From: Chitinophagales bacterium
GTDB lineage: Bacteria > Bacteroidota > Bacteroidia > Chitinophagales > Saprospiraceae
Reading direction: 5' to 3'
DNA length: 57,063 nucleotides
Assembly: GCA_038246345.1 (NCBI GenBank)
Contig: JBBRWA010000001.1
Location: forward strand, 1-57,063
The position numbers and the translations under genes were made by a program. The notes below the pieces were generated by a model, which was given only the letters and a program-made list of their open reading frames with translations, had not been told where the DNA came from and searched no databases. Of this stretch, positions 27,440-36,605 are shown one piece after another; positions within the stretch are counted from its first letter, which is position 1; every line of letters starts with the position of its first letter.

Positions 27440-28726
27440 ATGTCCGACATCATTTTTTCCCTGATCGACAAAGAACTCGCGCGCCAGCGCCACGGCGCAG
27501 AACTCATTGCTTCTGAAAACTTTACAAGTCAGGCCGTACTGGATGCGATGGGTTCCTGCCTGACCAATAAATACGCGGAAGGGTATCCGGGCAAACGCTA
27601 TTACGGCGGTTGTGCGGTGGTGGATGAAGTGGAAACAATAGCCATAGACCGGGCCAAGGAAATCTTTGGTGCTGCCTGGGCCAATGTGCAGCCGCACTCC
27701 GGCGCGCAAGCCAATGCGGCGGTTTTCCTAGCTTGCTTGCAACCGGGCGATACTATTCTAGGTTTTGACCTGGCGCACGGTGGCCACTTGTCGCACGGCT
27801 CACCGGTGAACTATTCGGGCAAGGTGTACAGCCCCGTTTTTTACGGCGTTGAAAAAGAAACTGGCCTTGTGGATATGGATAAAGTAGAAACCATCGCACT
27901 GGCAAGCAAACCAAAGTTGATCATTTGTGGCGCATCGGCCTACTCCCGTGATTGGGATTACGCGCGTTTCCGCCAAATTGCCGATACCGTAGGCGCGCTC
28001 CTGTTGGCAGATGTATCGCACCCGGCGGGCCTCATTGCGGCCAAATTATTGAATGACCCATTGCCACATTGCCATATCGTGACCACCACGACCCACAAAA
28101 CACTCCGTGGACCAAGGGGCGGACTTATTATGATGGGCAAAGATTTTGACAATCCCTGGGGCCGCACCACGAAAAAAGGCAACACCATTCAAATGTCGAG
28201 CATCCTTGACAGCGGGGTGTTCCCTGGAATGCAAGGCGGGCCACTGGAGCACGTGATCGCTGCCAAGGCAGTCGCTTTTGGGGAAATCTTACTGCCTTCT
28301 TTCAGGGCTTACGGACAACAAGTCATAAAAAACGCGCAAGCAATGGCCGCCGAGTTTGTCTCCCGTGGCTACGACATTATCTCCGGCGGTACCGACAACC
28401 ACATGATGCTGCTTGATTTGCAAAGCAAAAATGTAACGGGCAAGGCAGCCGATCATGCCCTGGGCCTGGCCGATATCACGGTGAATAAAAACATGATTCC
28501 TTTTGACCCCCAACCGCCCATGACTACTTCTGGTATCCGGGTAGGAACGGCAGCAGTAACCACCCGCGGATTCAAAGAAGAGGATTGCCGCCAACTCGCC
28601 GTGTGGATGGATGAAGTGATGAGCAGCCCGGATGATGCCAGTGTGCAGGCCAAGGTGAAGGGTGCGGTGAATGACTATATGAAGGGGTTCCCTTTGTATG
28701 AAGGAACGGTGGACGGTGGACGGTAG
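27440..28726 (+). CDS. glyA: serine hydroxymethyltransferase
   Basis: [18 protein letters not shown] and PLP-lysine motif [14 protein letters not shown]. The last 6 codons (TVDGGR) and the TAG lie in the A4 left arm. Confidence 0.95.
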   Translation: MSDIIFSLIDKELARQRHGAELIASENFTSQAVLDAMGSCLTNKYAEGYPGKRYYGGCAVVDEVETIAIDRAKEIFGAAWANVQPHSGAQANAAVFLACLQPGDTILGFDLAHGGHLSHGSPVNYSGKVYSPVFYGVEKETGLVDMDKVETIALASKPKLIICGASAYSRDWDYARFRQIADTVGALLLADVSHPAGLIAAKLLNDPLPHCHIVTTTTHKTLRGPRGGLIMMGKDFDNPWGRTTKKGNTIQMSSILDSGVFPGMQGGPLEHVIAAKAVAFGEILLPSFRAYGQQVIKNAQAMAAEFVSRGYDIISGGTDNHMMLLDLQSKNVTGKAADHALGLADITVNKNMIPFDPQPPMTTSGIRVGTAAVTTRGFKEEDCRQLAVWMDEVMSSPDDASVQAKVKGAVNDYMKGFPLYEGTVDGGR

Positions 28727-28884
28727 ACGGTTTGCACAGCATTCGTTTTTTTCTTGTATTGGTTGTTTCAGCACCTAAATTCAACATTTGTTGAGCTATT
28801 CTTGACTAAAGTGCTGAAAATCAATGCCAATGGTAAGAACAAAAATTGTGCAAACCGTCCACCGTCTATCGTCCACCGTCTACC
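28708..28884. repeat. family A element, copy A4
   Basis: ggtggac ggtggac ggtagac ggtttgcacagc...tgtttcagcac...gtgctgaaaatcaatgccaat...tgtgcaaacc gtccacc gtctatc gtccacc gtctacc. Confidence 0.9.
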
Positions 28885-29486
28885 GTTTTAAGCTTTCTCC
28901 GCCATTCCACATACCCCATCACGGCCAAAATCAGGAATACGATATACTGGAAACTGGTAAAAACATAGCCTTTGATGAAATACAGTGGGATTGAAGCCAG
29001 GTTCGTCACGATCCACCAAATCCAGTTTTCCAGTTTTTTGCGGGTCATCAGCCACATGCCCGTATAGGCGGAGGCAGCGGCAAAACCGTCGGCCAGGGGC
29101 ACGGTACTGTCGGTAAAACGGCTTAAAATATACCACAATACCAGCCAGCTTCCCGCAAAAAACAGCAAGGAATTGCGCCACTCCGATGCTGAAGAAGCCG
29201 TTATTTGCAGCCCCCCTGCCCCCTCCGTTTTTCTGGACCACATTACCCAGCCAATGACGCTCATCACGGTGTAGTAGGTGTTCACGCTGGCTTCGGCATA
29301 AAGTCCGGCAACGAGGCATAAGTAAATGTACAGGGAGGTATTGACGAGGCCCGTGGGGTACACCAGAATGTTTTCTGCGCGGGAGTACAACACGCTGACG
29401 ATGCCAAAAATGACCGCGATAAACTCAAGCCAGGAGGTGGCAAAGAGGCCTTCAAGTAATTGGCGCCAAATTTCTGGGAAGGACAT
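28866..29486 (-). CDS. pnuC: nicotinamide riboside transporter PnuC family
   Basis: 206-aa, about 7-TM ORF with WIWWIVTNLASIPLYFIKGYVFTSFQY, characteristic of PnuC. The C-terminal TVDGGR and the stop lie in the A4 right arm. Confidence 0.8.
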   Translation of the reverse strand: MSFPEIWRQLLEGLFATSWLEFIAVIFGIVSVLYSRAENILVYPTGLVNTSLYIYLCLVAGLYAEASVNTYYTVMSVIGWVMWSRKTEGAGGLQITASSASEWRNSLLFFAGSWLVLWYILSRFTDSTVPLADGFAAASAYTGMWLMTRKKLENWIWWIVTNLASIPLYFIKGYVFTSFQYIVFLILAVMGYVEWRRKLKTVDGGR

Positions 29487-29530
29487 AAGGGGCGAGCGCG
29501 GATAAGCACATATTACGCGTGAAAAATTTT

Positions 29531-29642
29531 AAACACATAGACACATAGACACATAGAAAACATAGACGCATAGAGACATAGAAAACATAGGTTTTGAGTG
29601 CGTAATGCTATGTTTTCTATGTCCCTATGTGTCTATGTGTTT
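29531..29642. repeat. family B palindromic element with CATAGA octad arms, copy B1
   Basis: Left arm aaacacatagacacatagacacatagaaaacatagacgcatagagacatagaaaacatagg. Loop is about 17 nt. Right arm ctatgttttctatgtccctatgtgtctatgtgttt. Confidence 0.9.
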
Positions 29643-29655
29643 TAAAAATATGTGC

Positions 29656-30909
29656 TTACAAATCCATCATTAACAGGATCGGATCTTCCAGCAACTCCTT
29701 CACCTTAACCAGGAAGGTCACAGAAGTGCTGCCATCAATAACCCGGTGGTCATAGCTGAGTGCCAGGTACATCATGGGGCGCACTTCCACTTTGCCATCC
29801 ACTGCAATGGGGCGATCCTTGATGGCGTGCATGCCCAGTATGGCACTTTGTGGCTCGTTGATAATTGGTGTGCTCATCAAGCTGCCAAAAACGCCGCCGT
29901 TGGTGATGGTAAAGGTACCGCCCGACATTTCTTCGAGCGAGAGTTTCCCGTCGCGGGCTTTGATGGCAAGTTCCTTTATTTTTAGTTCAATATCACTGTA
30001 ATGCAGGCTTTCCACGTTGCGGATGGGCGGCACCACCAATCCGGTCGGCGTGCTGATGGCAAAGCTGATGTCGGCGTAATCGTGGTACACAAAATCATCG
30101 CCATCGATCATCGCATTCACGTCGGGCATTTCGAGCAGCACCTTGGCACATGCCTTGGCGAAGAGCGACATAAAACCCAGTTTGACGCCGTATTTCTTGA
30201 CAAAAGCCTCCTGGTATTTTTCCCGGAAGGCCATGATGGCGCTCATGTCCACCTCATTGAAAGTGGTAAGCATGGCGGTATTATTCTTGGCGCTCACGAG
30301 GCGTTTGGCGATGGTACGGCGCATGCGGCTCATGCGTTCGCGGCGATCGTTGCGGGAAAACGCAGCAACAGGCGCAGCTTGAATTGGCGGCTTGCTTGGC
30401 GCTGCAACAGGTGCAGGAGAAGCTGGAGTAGTTGCCGGTGGTGCAGCAACCGCTTTTTGCGCATCTTCTTTGGTGATGCGGCCATCGCGGCCGGTGCCGT
30501 TCACATCTTCTGGATTCACCCCTGCTTCCGTCAGCATTTTGGCTGCAGCGGGCGAGGGTGTACCTGTTGCGTAAGAAGTTGTTTTTTCAGCCACTTTTTC
30601 ACTCGTTTGAGCCACAGCAGGCGCAGCAGCCTCCGCTTGTTTTGAACTGCCTGTTGCAGCCGGAGCGCTGGCATCGCTGTCGATTGTGGCAAAGAGCGCA
30701 CCAATGGCAAGGTCTTCGCCTTCCTGCGCTACCCAGGTCAATTTTCCGCTGGAGTCGGCAGATAATTCCTGATTGGCTTTTTCGGTTTCAATTTCACACA
30801 GCGGCTCGTCCATAGCAACGATGGAGCCATTGGGCTTGAGCCATTTAGAAAAGGTAACACTGGATATAGATTCACCCAAATTTGGGATTTTCAGTTCAAC
30901 AACAGGCAT
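29656..30909 (-). CDS. sucB: dihydrolipoyllysine-residue succinyltransferase-like E2 (2-oxoglutarate dehydrogenase E2)
   Basis: Lipoyl motif [11 protein letters not shown], an Ala/Pro linker, and catalytic SYDHRVIDG. The substrate assignment is a family-level guess, and no sucA is adjacent. Confidence 0.75.
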   Translation of the reverse strand: MPVVELKIPNLGESISSVTFSKWLKPNGSIVAMDEPLCEIETEKANQELSADSSGKLTWVAQEGEDLAIGALFATIDSDASAPAATGSSKQAEAAAPAVAQTSEKVAEKTTSYATGTPSPAAAKMLTEAGVNPEDVNGTGRDGRITKEDAQKAVAAPPATTPASPAPVAAPSKPPIQAAPVAAFSRNDRRERMSRMRRTIAKRLVSAKNNTAMLTTFNEVDMSAIMAFREKYQEAFVKKYGVKLGFMSLFAKACAKVLLEMPDVNAMIDGDDFVYHDYADISFAISTPTGLVVPPIRNVESLHYSDIELKIKELAIKARDGKLSLEEMSGGTFTITNGGVFGSLMSTPIINEPQSAILGMHAIKDRPIAVDGKVEVRPMMYLALSYDHRVIDGSTSVTFLVKVKELLEDPILLMMDL

Positions 30910-31076
30910 TGATGGTATAATTTGATAATGTGATAATTAGATAGTGTGATAATTTTCGGCATCTGTGTCAGGCTTAATTAACGCAGGTTTTTGGGGTGTG
31001 AATTTGGGTAGGATGCGTAAAATTGAGTGCAAAGGTACGGATTCAGAATCCACAACGCGATATTTCAGCTTTGGTT

Positions 31077-31970
31077 CTATTTTTTGTGATAATCAAACTT
31101 CAATAACCTGCCATTGTCCTTTTTTCCTTCGCTGCTGATGTAGAGATTACCTTCGGAATCAAAAGCAATGCCTTCTGGTTGTGGGAACACACTTTTCTCA
31201 AGACGGGTAGCAAACCGAATTTTTCCGCTGCTTTTATCCAAGACTACCAGGCGTTTTAGTGCCGTTGAAATCACGTACACATTACCGTCAATGGGGTGTA
31301 TGGCTACTGCGGAGGGACTGAAAAAATCATGTTTTTCTGTGTCGAGATAAGGCACAAGGCGGTTTATTATTTTGGGATCGATGGCATACAGTGGCTTTTC
31401 ATCCAGCATTTTGGTTTGCAGGTCAAAAGTATAAATATTTCGGAGGTAGGCACTGTCCGGATCGCCTTTGCAAGCCAATAGCAAGGCATGCCTTCCCGCG
31501 TCATAGCCCAAGCCTTCAACATCGTCCTTTTTTTTAAGGGGGGTGTCAAATTCCTTCACTTGAATCGGTTCGCTTTTCCATGGGCTGATTTCAAACAATG
31601 TGCCATCGCTTTTTAGGGCCCAAAGCGCGTCTCCAACCATTTCTGCACCTTCAAAATCGCCTTTTTCCCGAAACAACACGCGGCGCGTAATGGTACCAGT
31701 CCCAGCATCAATGAAAAAAAACTCCCCTTTTTCGTCAGAAATAGCAAGATAGATACCTTTTTCGTCGGTCGGACTCAAGGCTGAAATCTCCTTTAAATCT
31801 TCGTTGTCAAAGGTTATGATGGAGGCTGGGTGATCCAGGTCGTAATACAGGGGAGCGGGGACCTCGACAGCAACAGCTGCTGGTTTTTGGGCATGACAAA
31901 AACAAAAGCCCAGCGCCATAAACGCCAGAATAGCCTGAAAAAAAAGATTTCTGCTGGAAAACTGATGCAT
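31077..31970 (-). CDS. secreted beta-propeller protein, SdiA-regulated/YjiK-like
   Basis: Signal peptide. Repeated blade-like segments ending in QPEGIAFDSEGNLYISSEG. The family call is from motif memory only. Confidence 0.5.
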   Translation of the reverse strand: MHQFSSRNLFFQAILAFMALGFCFCHAQKPAAVAVEVPAPLYYDLDHPASIITFDNEDLKEISALSPTDEKGIYLAISDEKGEFFFIDAGTGTITRRVLFREKGDFEGAEMVGDALWALKSDGTLFEISPWKSEPIQVKEFDTPLKKKDDVEGLGYDAGRHALLLACKGDPDSAYLRNIYTFDLQTKMLDEKPLYAIDPKIINRLVPYLDTEKHDFFSPSAVAIHPIDGNVYVISTALKRLVVLDKSSGKIRFATRLEKSVFPQPEGIAFDSEGNLYISSEGKKDNGRLLKFDYHKK

Positions 31971-32000
31971 GGTAGCAGGCGGTTTTATGCTAGATTAAAA

Positions 32001-32420
32001 TCACTCCGAAAAGACCTCAATTTCATGTTGGCGCGTCACCAAATCAGTGAATTTTCCCTTGAATTGGGTAGCACGTACGATATGGTTATCGATCCAATGG
32101 TAGTTGCCGCCACGAGGTTTGCCGAAAACAATGCCGTGGTACTTGAAACCGTGCTTATTAAGCCATGCTTCTGTGATAGGTCTATGCGCTTCTGTACGAC
32201 TGGTAAAGAAGAAGATGATATGCCCTTCGTCGTACCAGCGGTTGAGTACCACCAATGCGTCGGGGTAAGGGGCCACGGTTCCCATACGTTCAGGCTCTTC
32301 GTTTGGCACATCGTCGCAAACAGTACCATCAATGTCGATCAGGTAGTTTTTGACGTGCGTCGGAAGTTTCGGGCTGATGCGTTGCCCATGTTCGTCGAAG
32401 GCTTCTTGTAAATTATCCAT
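32001..32420 (-). CDS. HAD-superfamily phosphatase-like protein (DxDxT)
   Basis: 139-aa ORF with LIDIDGTVCDD (DxDxT), FFTSRTE and a GKPRGG region. Confidence 0.55.
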   Translation of the reverse strand: MDNLQEAFDEHGQRISPKLPTHVKNYLIDIDGTVCDDVPNEEPERMGTVAPYPDALVVLNRWYDEGHIIFFFTSRTEAHRPITEAWLNKHGFKYHGIVFGKPRGGNYHWIDNHIVRATQFKGKFTDLVTRQHEIEVFSE

Positions 32421-32426
32421 TATTTC

Positions 32427-32701
32427 GTTGATAGTTGTTCGTTGATAGTTGTTCGTTCGCGTTGCTTGAGCTGGTGAAGAGGTAGCACCGCATTCAGGTC
32501 AATCCAGTTGACTTAAGAAGTCGGAGTGGTCAAACCATTAGGTCAACGATATTGGCCTGAAGGCAGCCTTCTGTGGTGCCGTGAAAATTCGTTGATGGTT
32601 TTCACAGAACCTGAGAGAGTCTTTGTAGAGTGGATTACACCAAACTACATTGAAACGCTAAACGCTCGGAAACGAACAACTATCAACAAACAACTATCAA
32701 C
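32427..32701. repeat. family C palindromic element with GTTGTTC/GTTGATA heptad arms, copy C1
   Basis: Left arm gttgata gttgttc gttgata gttgttc (32427-32454, degenerate to ~32466). Right arm gaacaac tatcaac aaacaac tatcaac (32674-32701). The unique structured core is about 200 nt. Confidence 0.85.
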
Positions 32702-32896
32702 GAAAACCGTAAAGGTAGAAGTCTCCCGAGGCTATTTGAGCCATTTTGGGCATAATATTGAAAACTTGGTCAAAACATGGACTTCTCAAAAAAGCCCGAA
32801 TTGTAGCTGTTGCAAATTTCCCGCTATTTTCACGTTGCCAAATTAATCGATCAGCACAGTGTACTTTGGAATTGCCATGTTACCTTTCGCCCCGTT

Positions 32897-33574
32897 ATGC
32901 GCATATTACTCGTAGAAGATGAACTAAAAACCCTGCTTTCTTTACGCCAAGGGCTGGAAGAGCAAGGCTGGACGGTGAATACCGCTACTGATGGCGATTC
33001 CGGCCTGCGACTCGCGTCTAACGATGATTACGACGTAATTGTTTCCGACATTACGCTTCCGGGCATTAGTGGGCTGGAATTGTGCGCAAAATTGCGCAGC
33101 CTGGGCGTCCGAACACCCTTATTATTGCTCACAGCACTTTCCGATACGGACGACAAAGTGGCTGGCCTGGAAGCTGGCGCGGATGATTATCTTGCCAAAC
33201 CATTTGAATTCAAAGAGTTACAGGCGCGCATAAAAGCCCTTGCGCGACGACCAACGACGACCATCAGGGCTGAAAACATCCTTCGATTTGCAGATATTGC
33301 CCTTGATCTCGACGCCAAAAAGGTAAGCCGTGCAGGCAAAGAAATCAACCTGACCCCCAGAGAATTTTCCCTGCTGGAGTTTTTTCTCCGAAACCCTGGC
33401 ATCGTTTTGTCCAAACTGGAAATCGCTGAAAAAGTTTGGGATGTGAATTTCGACACGGGCACCAATGTGATTGAGGTCTATGTTAATTATTTGCGCAACA
33501 AACTAGACAAAGGATTTGATCAAAAACTGCTGCACACCCTTTTTGGCCAAGGTTATGTGCTGCGAAATGAATGA
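32897..33574 (+). CDS. OmpR/PhoB-type two-component response regulator
   Basis: MRILLVEDE..., receiver domain (DVIVSDITLPG, KPF) plus a winged-helix output domain (LTPREFSLLEFF, VYVNYLRNKLD). I chose the start at ATG 32897. There is no adjacent histidine kinase. Confidence 0.85.
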   Translation: MRILLVEDELKTLLSLRQGLEEQGWTVNTATDGDSGLRLASNDDYDVIVSDITLPGISGLELCAKLRSLGVRTPLLLLTALSDTDDKVAGLEAGADDYLAKPFEFKELQARIKALARRPTTTIRAENILRFADIALDLDAKKVSRAGKEINLTPREFSLLEFFLRNPGIVLSKLEIAEKVWDVNFDTGTNVIEVYVNYLRNKLDKGFDQKLLHTLFGQGYVLRNE

Positions 33575-33750
33575 AATTATGCTACCCGGTTTTTTATCGG
33601 ATAATGTTGTGTCGGCAAGGCTGCCAGTTTTGGCAGGGAGTTGCTATTTTTAATTTGGAATCAAATTTTCTTACTTTATTTGCCTGACCTATTGTGTTTC
33701 GCAAAATATCTGTTTCGAAAAAGCTTTTATTGAAAAAACAAACAGTACGT

Positions 33751-36558
33751 ATGAAGCAAATCTACAAAATATTAGTTTTCAGTATGTTGTGCCTGGTGTT
33801 TTTGCCTGGCATAATTGATGCCCAAACCACCATCAAAGGGAAAGTTCGGGATGCAGAAACAGGTGAAGACCTGATCGGCGCTACCATCGTAGTTCCCGGC
33901 GCCGAAGGTGGCACCCTGACCAACTACGACGGTGAGTTTGTGCTGAAAGTAGAATCCTTTCCAGTAACGATTAAAATCTCCTACACCGGCTACGAACCGA
34001 AGGAGTTGGTAGTTGCCAATGCTACTGACCGCATCGACATCCGCCTTGGTTCCAGTGCTATTGTCATGTCTGAAGCCCTGGTGGTAGGCCAACGCATCGA
34101 CGACAAACAAAAAGCGGCGCCGCTGACCGTGGAAAGTCTGGATGCCATTGCCATCAAGCAATCGGCATCCATCAGTTTTTACAACAGCTTGGGAAATTTA
34201 AAGGGCGTAGACCTTACGACCGCAAGCCTTGGCTTTACCGTTATCAACATGCGGGGCTTCAACTCTACCAGCCCGGTGCGCTCACTCCAAATCATCGACG
34301 GCGTGGACAACCAGGCACCCGGACTAAACTTCTCACTGGGCAACTTTCTGGGTGCCAGCGACCTGGATGTCAATAAAGTAGACTTGGTCGTTGGTGCAAG
34401 TTCGGCTTTTTACGGCCCGAATGCTTTTAACGGGGTGATTTCCATTGAATCCAAAAATCCGTTTGTGCACCGCGGCTTGGCTGTTTCACTCAAAACAGGC
34501 GAGCGCAATTTGTATGAGGGCGCTTTTCGCTATGCCGATGCCATCAAAAACAAAGCCGGGCATACTTTTATGGCTTATAAACTCAACTTTTTTGGCTTGC
34601 AAGCCAATGACTGGGTGGCTGATAATTACCAACCAATCACTGATTCCAAAGACAATCAGGTATTTGCTGCCAACCAGAATCCCGGGGGCTGGAATGCCGT
34701 CAACATTTACGGCGATGAGTATTCAGGGAGTTTTGTCTCCACGTATGATGGTCGTGCGGGCCTCAACAGTTTTCACCGCCAGGGCTACAAAGAGATAGAC
34801 ATCGTAGATTACAACACCAAAAACGCAAAAGCAAGTGCTGCCGTGCATTTCCGGCTCAACCCATCGAAGGAATTTGATTCGCCCGAATTGATTTTGGCAT
34901 CCAGCTATGGAACAGGCACTACGGTGTACCAAGGCGACAACCGTTTTAGCCTCCGGGGCATTCAATTTTACCAGAACCGTATAGAGCTGCGCCAAACGGA
35001 CAAGTTCTTTATTCGGGTTTATTCCACCAATGAAGATGCCGGACGTTCTTACGACCCATATTTCACTGCCCTGAAAATGCAAGAAGCCTCCAAAACAAAC
35101 GAAAAATGGCAACAAGCCTATGAGTTTTGGTGGACACGCAACGACCTAGGCGCGGTATTTAACAAAATGAAGGCCGACGGGTACGGCCCTCCTGAAGATT
35201 TTAATGGGCTGCTACAATGGCAACAAGACAATAGCGCCACGCTGCAAAGCTATCATGAGCAAGCGCAGTCTTATGCCAACCAGGCCAACTCCTCAACAGG
35301 TACACTGGCATTTTTCGAACCCGGTACTGCGCGATTTGACTCCCTGTTCAATCAGATTGTTAGCCGGAAGAACAATACTACTGAAAATGGCACCTTGTTT
35401 TACGACAAATCAGCCCTGTATCACGCGCACGGCGAATACCATTTCAAACCAAAATTCCTTTCTGATTTGACCGTGGGCGGAAATGTGCGCCTGTACCGTC
35501 CAAACTCTGATGGTACCATTTTTAATGATTCCTTGGGAATACGGATCAAGAATTCGGAATTCGGTGTCTACACGGGCGCATCAAAACAGATGGGCGACTT
35601 TAAAGCGTCGGCGACCATTCGGGTCGATAAAAACCAAAATTTTGACTACCTGGCCACCCCGGCAGCCTCCTTGGTGTGGACACCCCGCAAAAACAATTAC
35701 CTGCGTTTCTCCTTCTCCTCCGCCATCAGAAACCCAACCCTCACCGACCAGTACCTCAACCTGGGAGTAGGGCCTGCTACGCTCGTCGGCAACCTGAACG
35801 GCTTTAGTGGCTTGATTCCGCTGGAAGGATTCAGGGCGTGGAATGAAAACCCTTCCATTGGTCTTGACTCCTTAAATATCGGGCCGATTCGCCCGGAAAG
35901 GGTAAAAACCTTTGAATTGGGCTACCGCACGACCATTTTTGAACGACTGTATGTAGATGCCGGTTATTATTACAACATCTACAATGATTTCATCGGGTAT
36001 AATATTGGTGTTAAACTGCCTTTTGAAAGCGTTGAAATTTTCCCAGGCAACTTCGTAAACCTCCCGCTTTATAGCGAATTAGAAGTGTACCGTGTAGCAT
36101 CCAATGCATCGCAGCAAGTTACATCACAAGGTTTTGCTATTGCGCTGAACTACTATTTCGGAGACTACTTTATGGCACAGGGTAATTACAGTTGGAACAA
36201 GCTTAATACCGCGGAGGCTGACCCGATCGTACCCGCTTTTAATACGCCAGAGCATAAATTTAATATTGGATTCTCTGGTCGCGACATCAAGGTTTGGGGC
36301 CGGAACACCTTAGGGTTTATGGTAAATTACAAATGGATCGAAAGCTTCATTTTTGAAGGCTCTCCACAGTTCACGGGTGTTATCCCTTCGTATGATATGG
36401 TGGATGCACAAGTCAATATGACGTTCCCTAGCCTCAACACCACCGTCAAGCTCGGCGCATCAAATGTGCTCAACAACAAACAATTTCAAACCTATGGAGG
36501 CCCGCGTATCGGGAGAATGGCTTATCTTTCGCTTATCTACGATTTCCATAAAAAATAA
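33751..36558 (+). CDS. TonB-dependent receptor with N-terminal CarboxypepD_reg domain
   Basis: Signal peptide, TIKGKVRDAETGEDLIGATIVVPG...TNYDGEF, a plug region and a terminal aromatic-rich barrel (LSLIYDF). I chose the start at ATG 33751. Confidence 0.8.
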   Translation: MKQIYKILVFSMLCLVFLPGIIDAQTTIKGKVRDAETGEDLIGATIVVPGAEGGTLTNYDGEFVLKVESFPVTIKISYTGYEPKELVVANATDRIDIRLGSSAIVMSEALVVGQRIDDKQKAAPLTVESLDAIAIKQSASISFYNSLGNLKGVDLTTASLGFTVINMRGFNSTSPVRSLQIIDGVDNQAPGLNFSLGNFLGASDLDVNKVDLVVGASSAFYGPNAFNGVISIESKNPFVHRGLAVSLKTGERNLYEGAFRYADAIKNKAGHTFMAYKLNFFGLQANDWVADNYQPITDSKDNQVFAANQNPGGWNAVNIYGDEYSGSFVSTYDGRAGLNSFHRQGYKEIDIVDYNTKNAKASAAVHFRLNPSKEFDSPELILASSYGTGTTVYQGDNRFSLRGIQFYQNRIELRQTDKFFIRVYSTNEDAGRSYDPYFTALKMQEASKTNEKWQQAYEFWWTRNDLGAVFNKMKADGYGPPEDFNGLLQWQQDNSATLQSYHEQAQSYANQANSSTGTLAFFEPGTARFDSLFNQIVSRKNNTTENGTLFYDKSALYHAHGEYHFKPKFLSDLTVGGNVRLYRPNSDGTIFNDSLGIRIKNSEFGVYTGASKQMGDFKASATIRVDKNQNFDYLATPAASLVWTPRKNNYLRFSFSSAIRNPTLTDQYLNLGVGPATLVGNLNGFSGLIPLEGFRAWNENPSIGLDSLNIGPIRPERVKTFELGYRTTIFERLYVDAGYYYNIYNDFIGYNIGVKLPFESVEIFPGNFVNLPLYSELEVYRVASNASQQVTSQGFAIALNYYFGDYFMAQGNYSWNKLNTAEADPIVPAFNTPEHKFNIGFSGRDIKVWGRNTLGFMVNYKWIESFIFEGSPQFTGVIPSYDMVDAQVNMTFPSLNTTVKLGASNVLNNKQFQTYGGPRIGRMAYLSLIYDFHKK

Positions 36559-36605
36559 ACATTCCCTTTCTTTCTCATTCATTTAACTAATTAAATCAGT
36601 TGACC

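Noticed and set aside
32526-32846. 106-aa + ORF in the HAD-like / response-regulator spacer
   Set aside because: It starts inside the core of repeat element C1 and reads through its right arm. It has no recognisable features. The response regulator has its own canonical MRILLVEDE start downstream.
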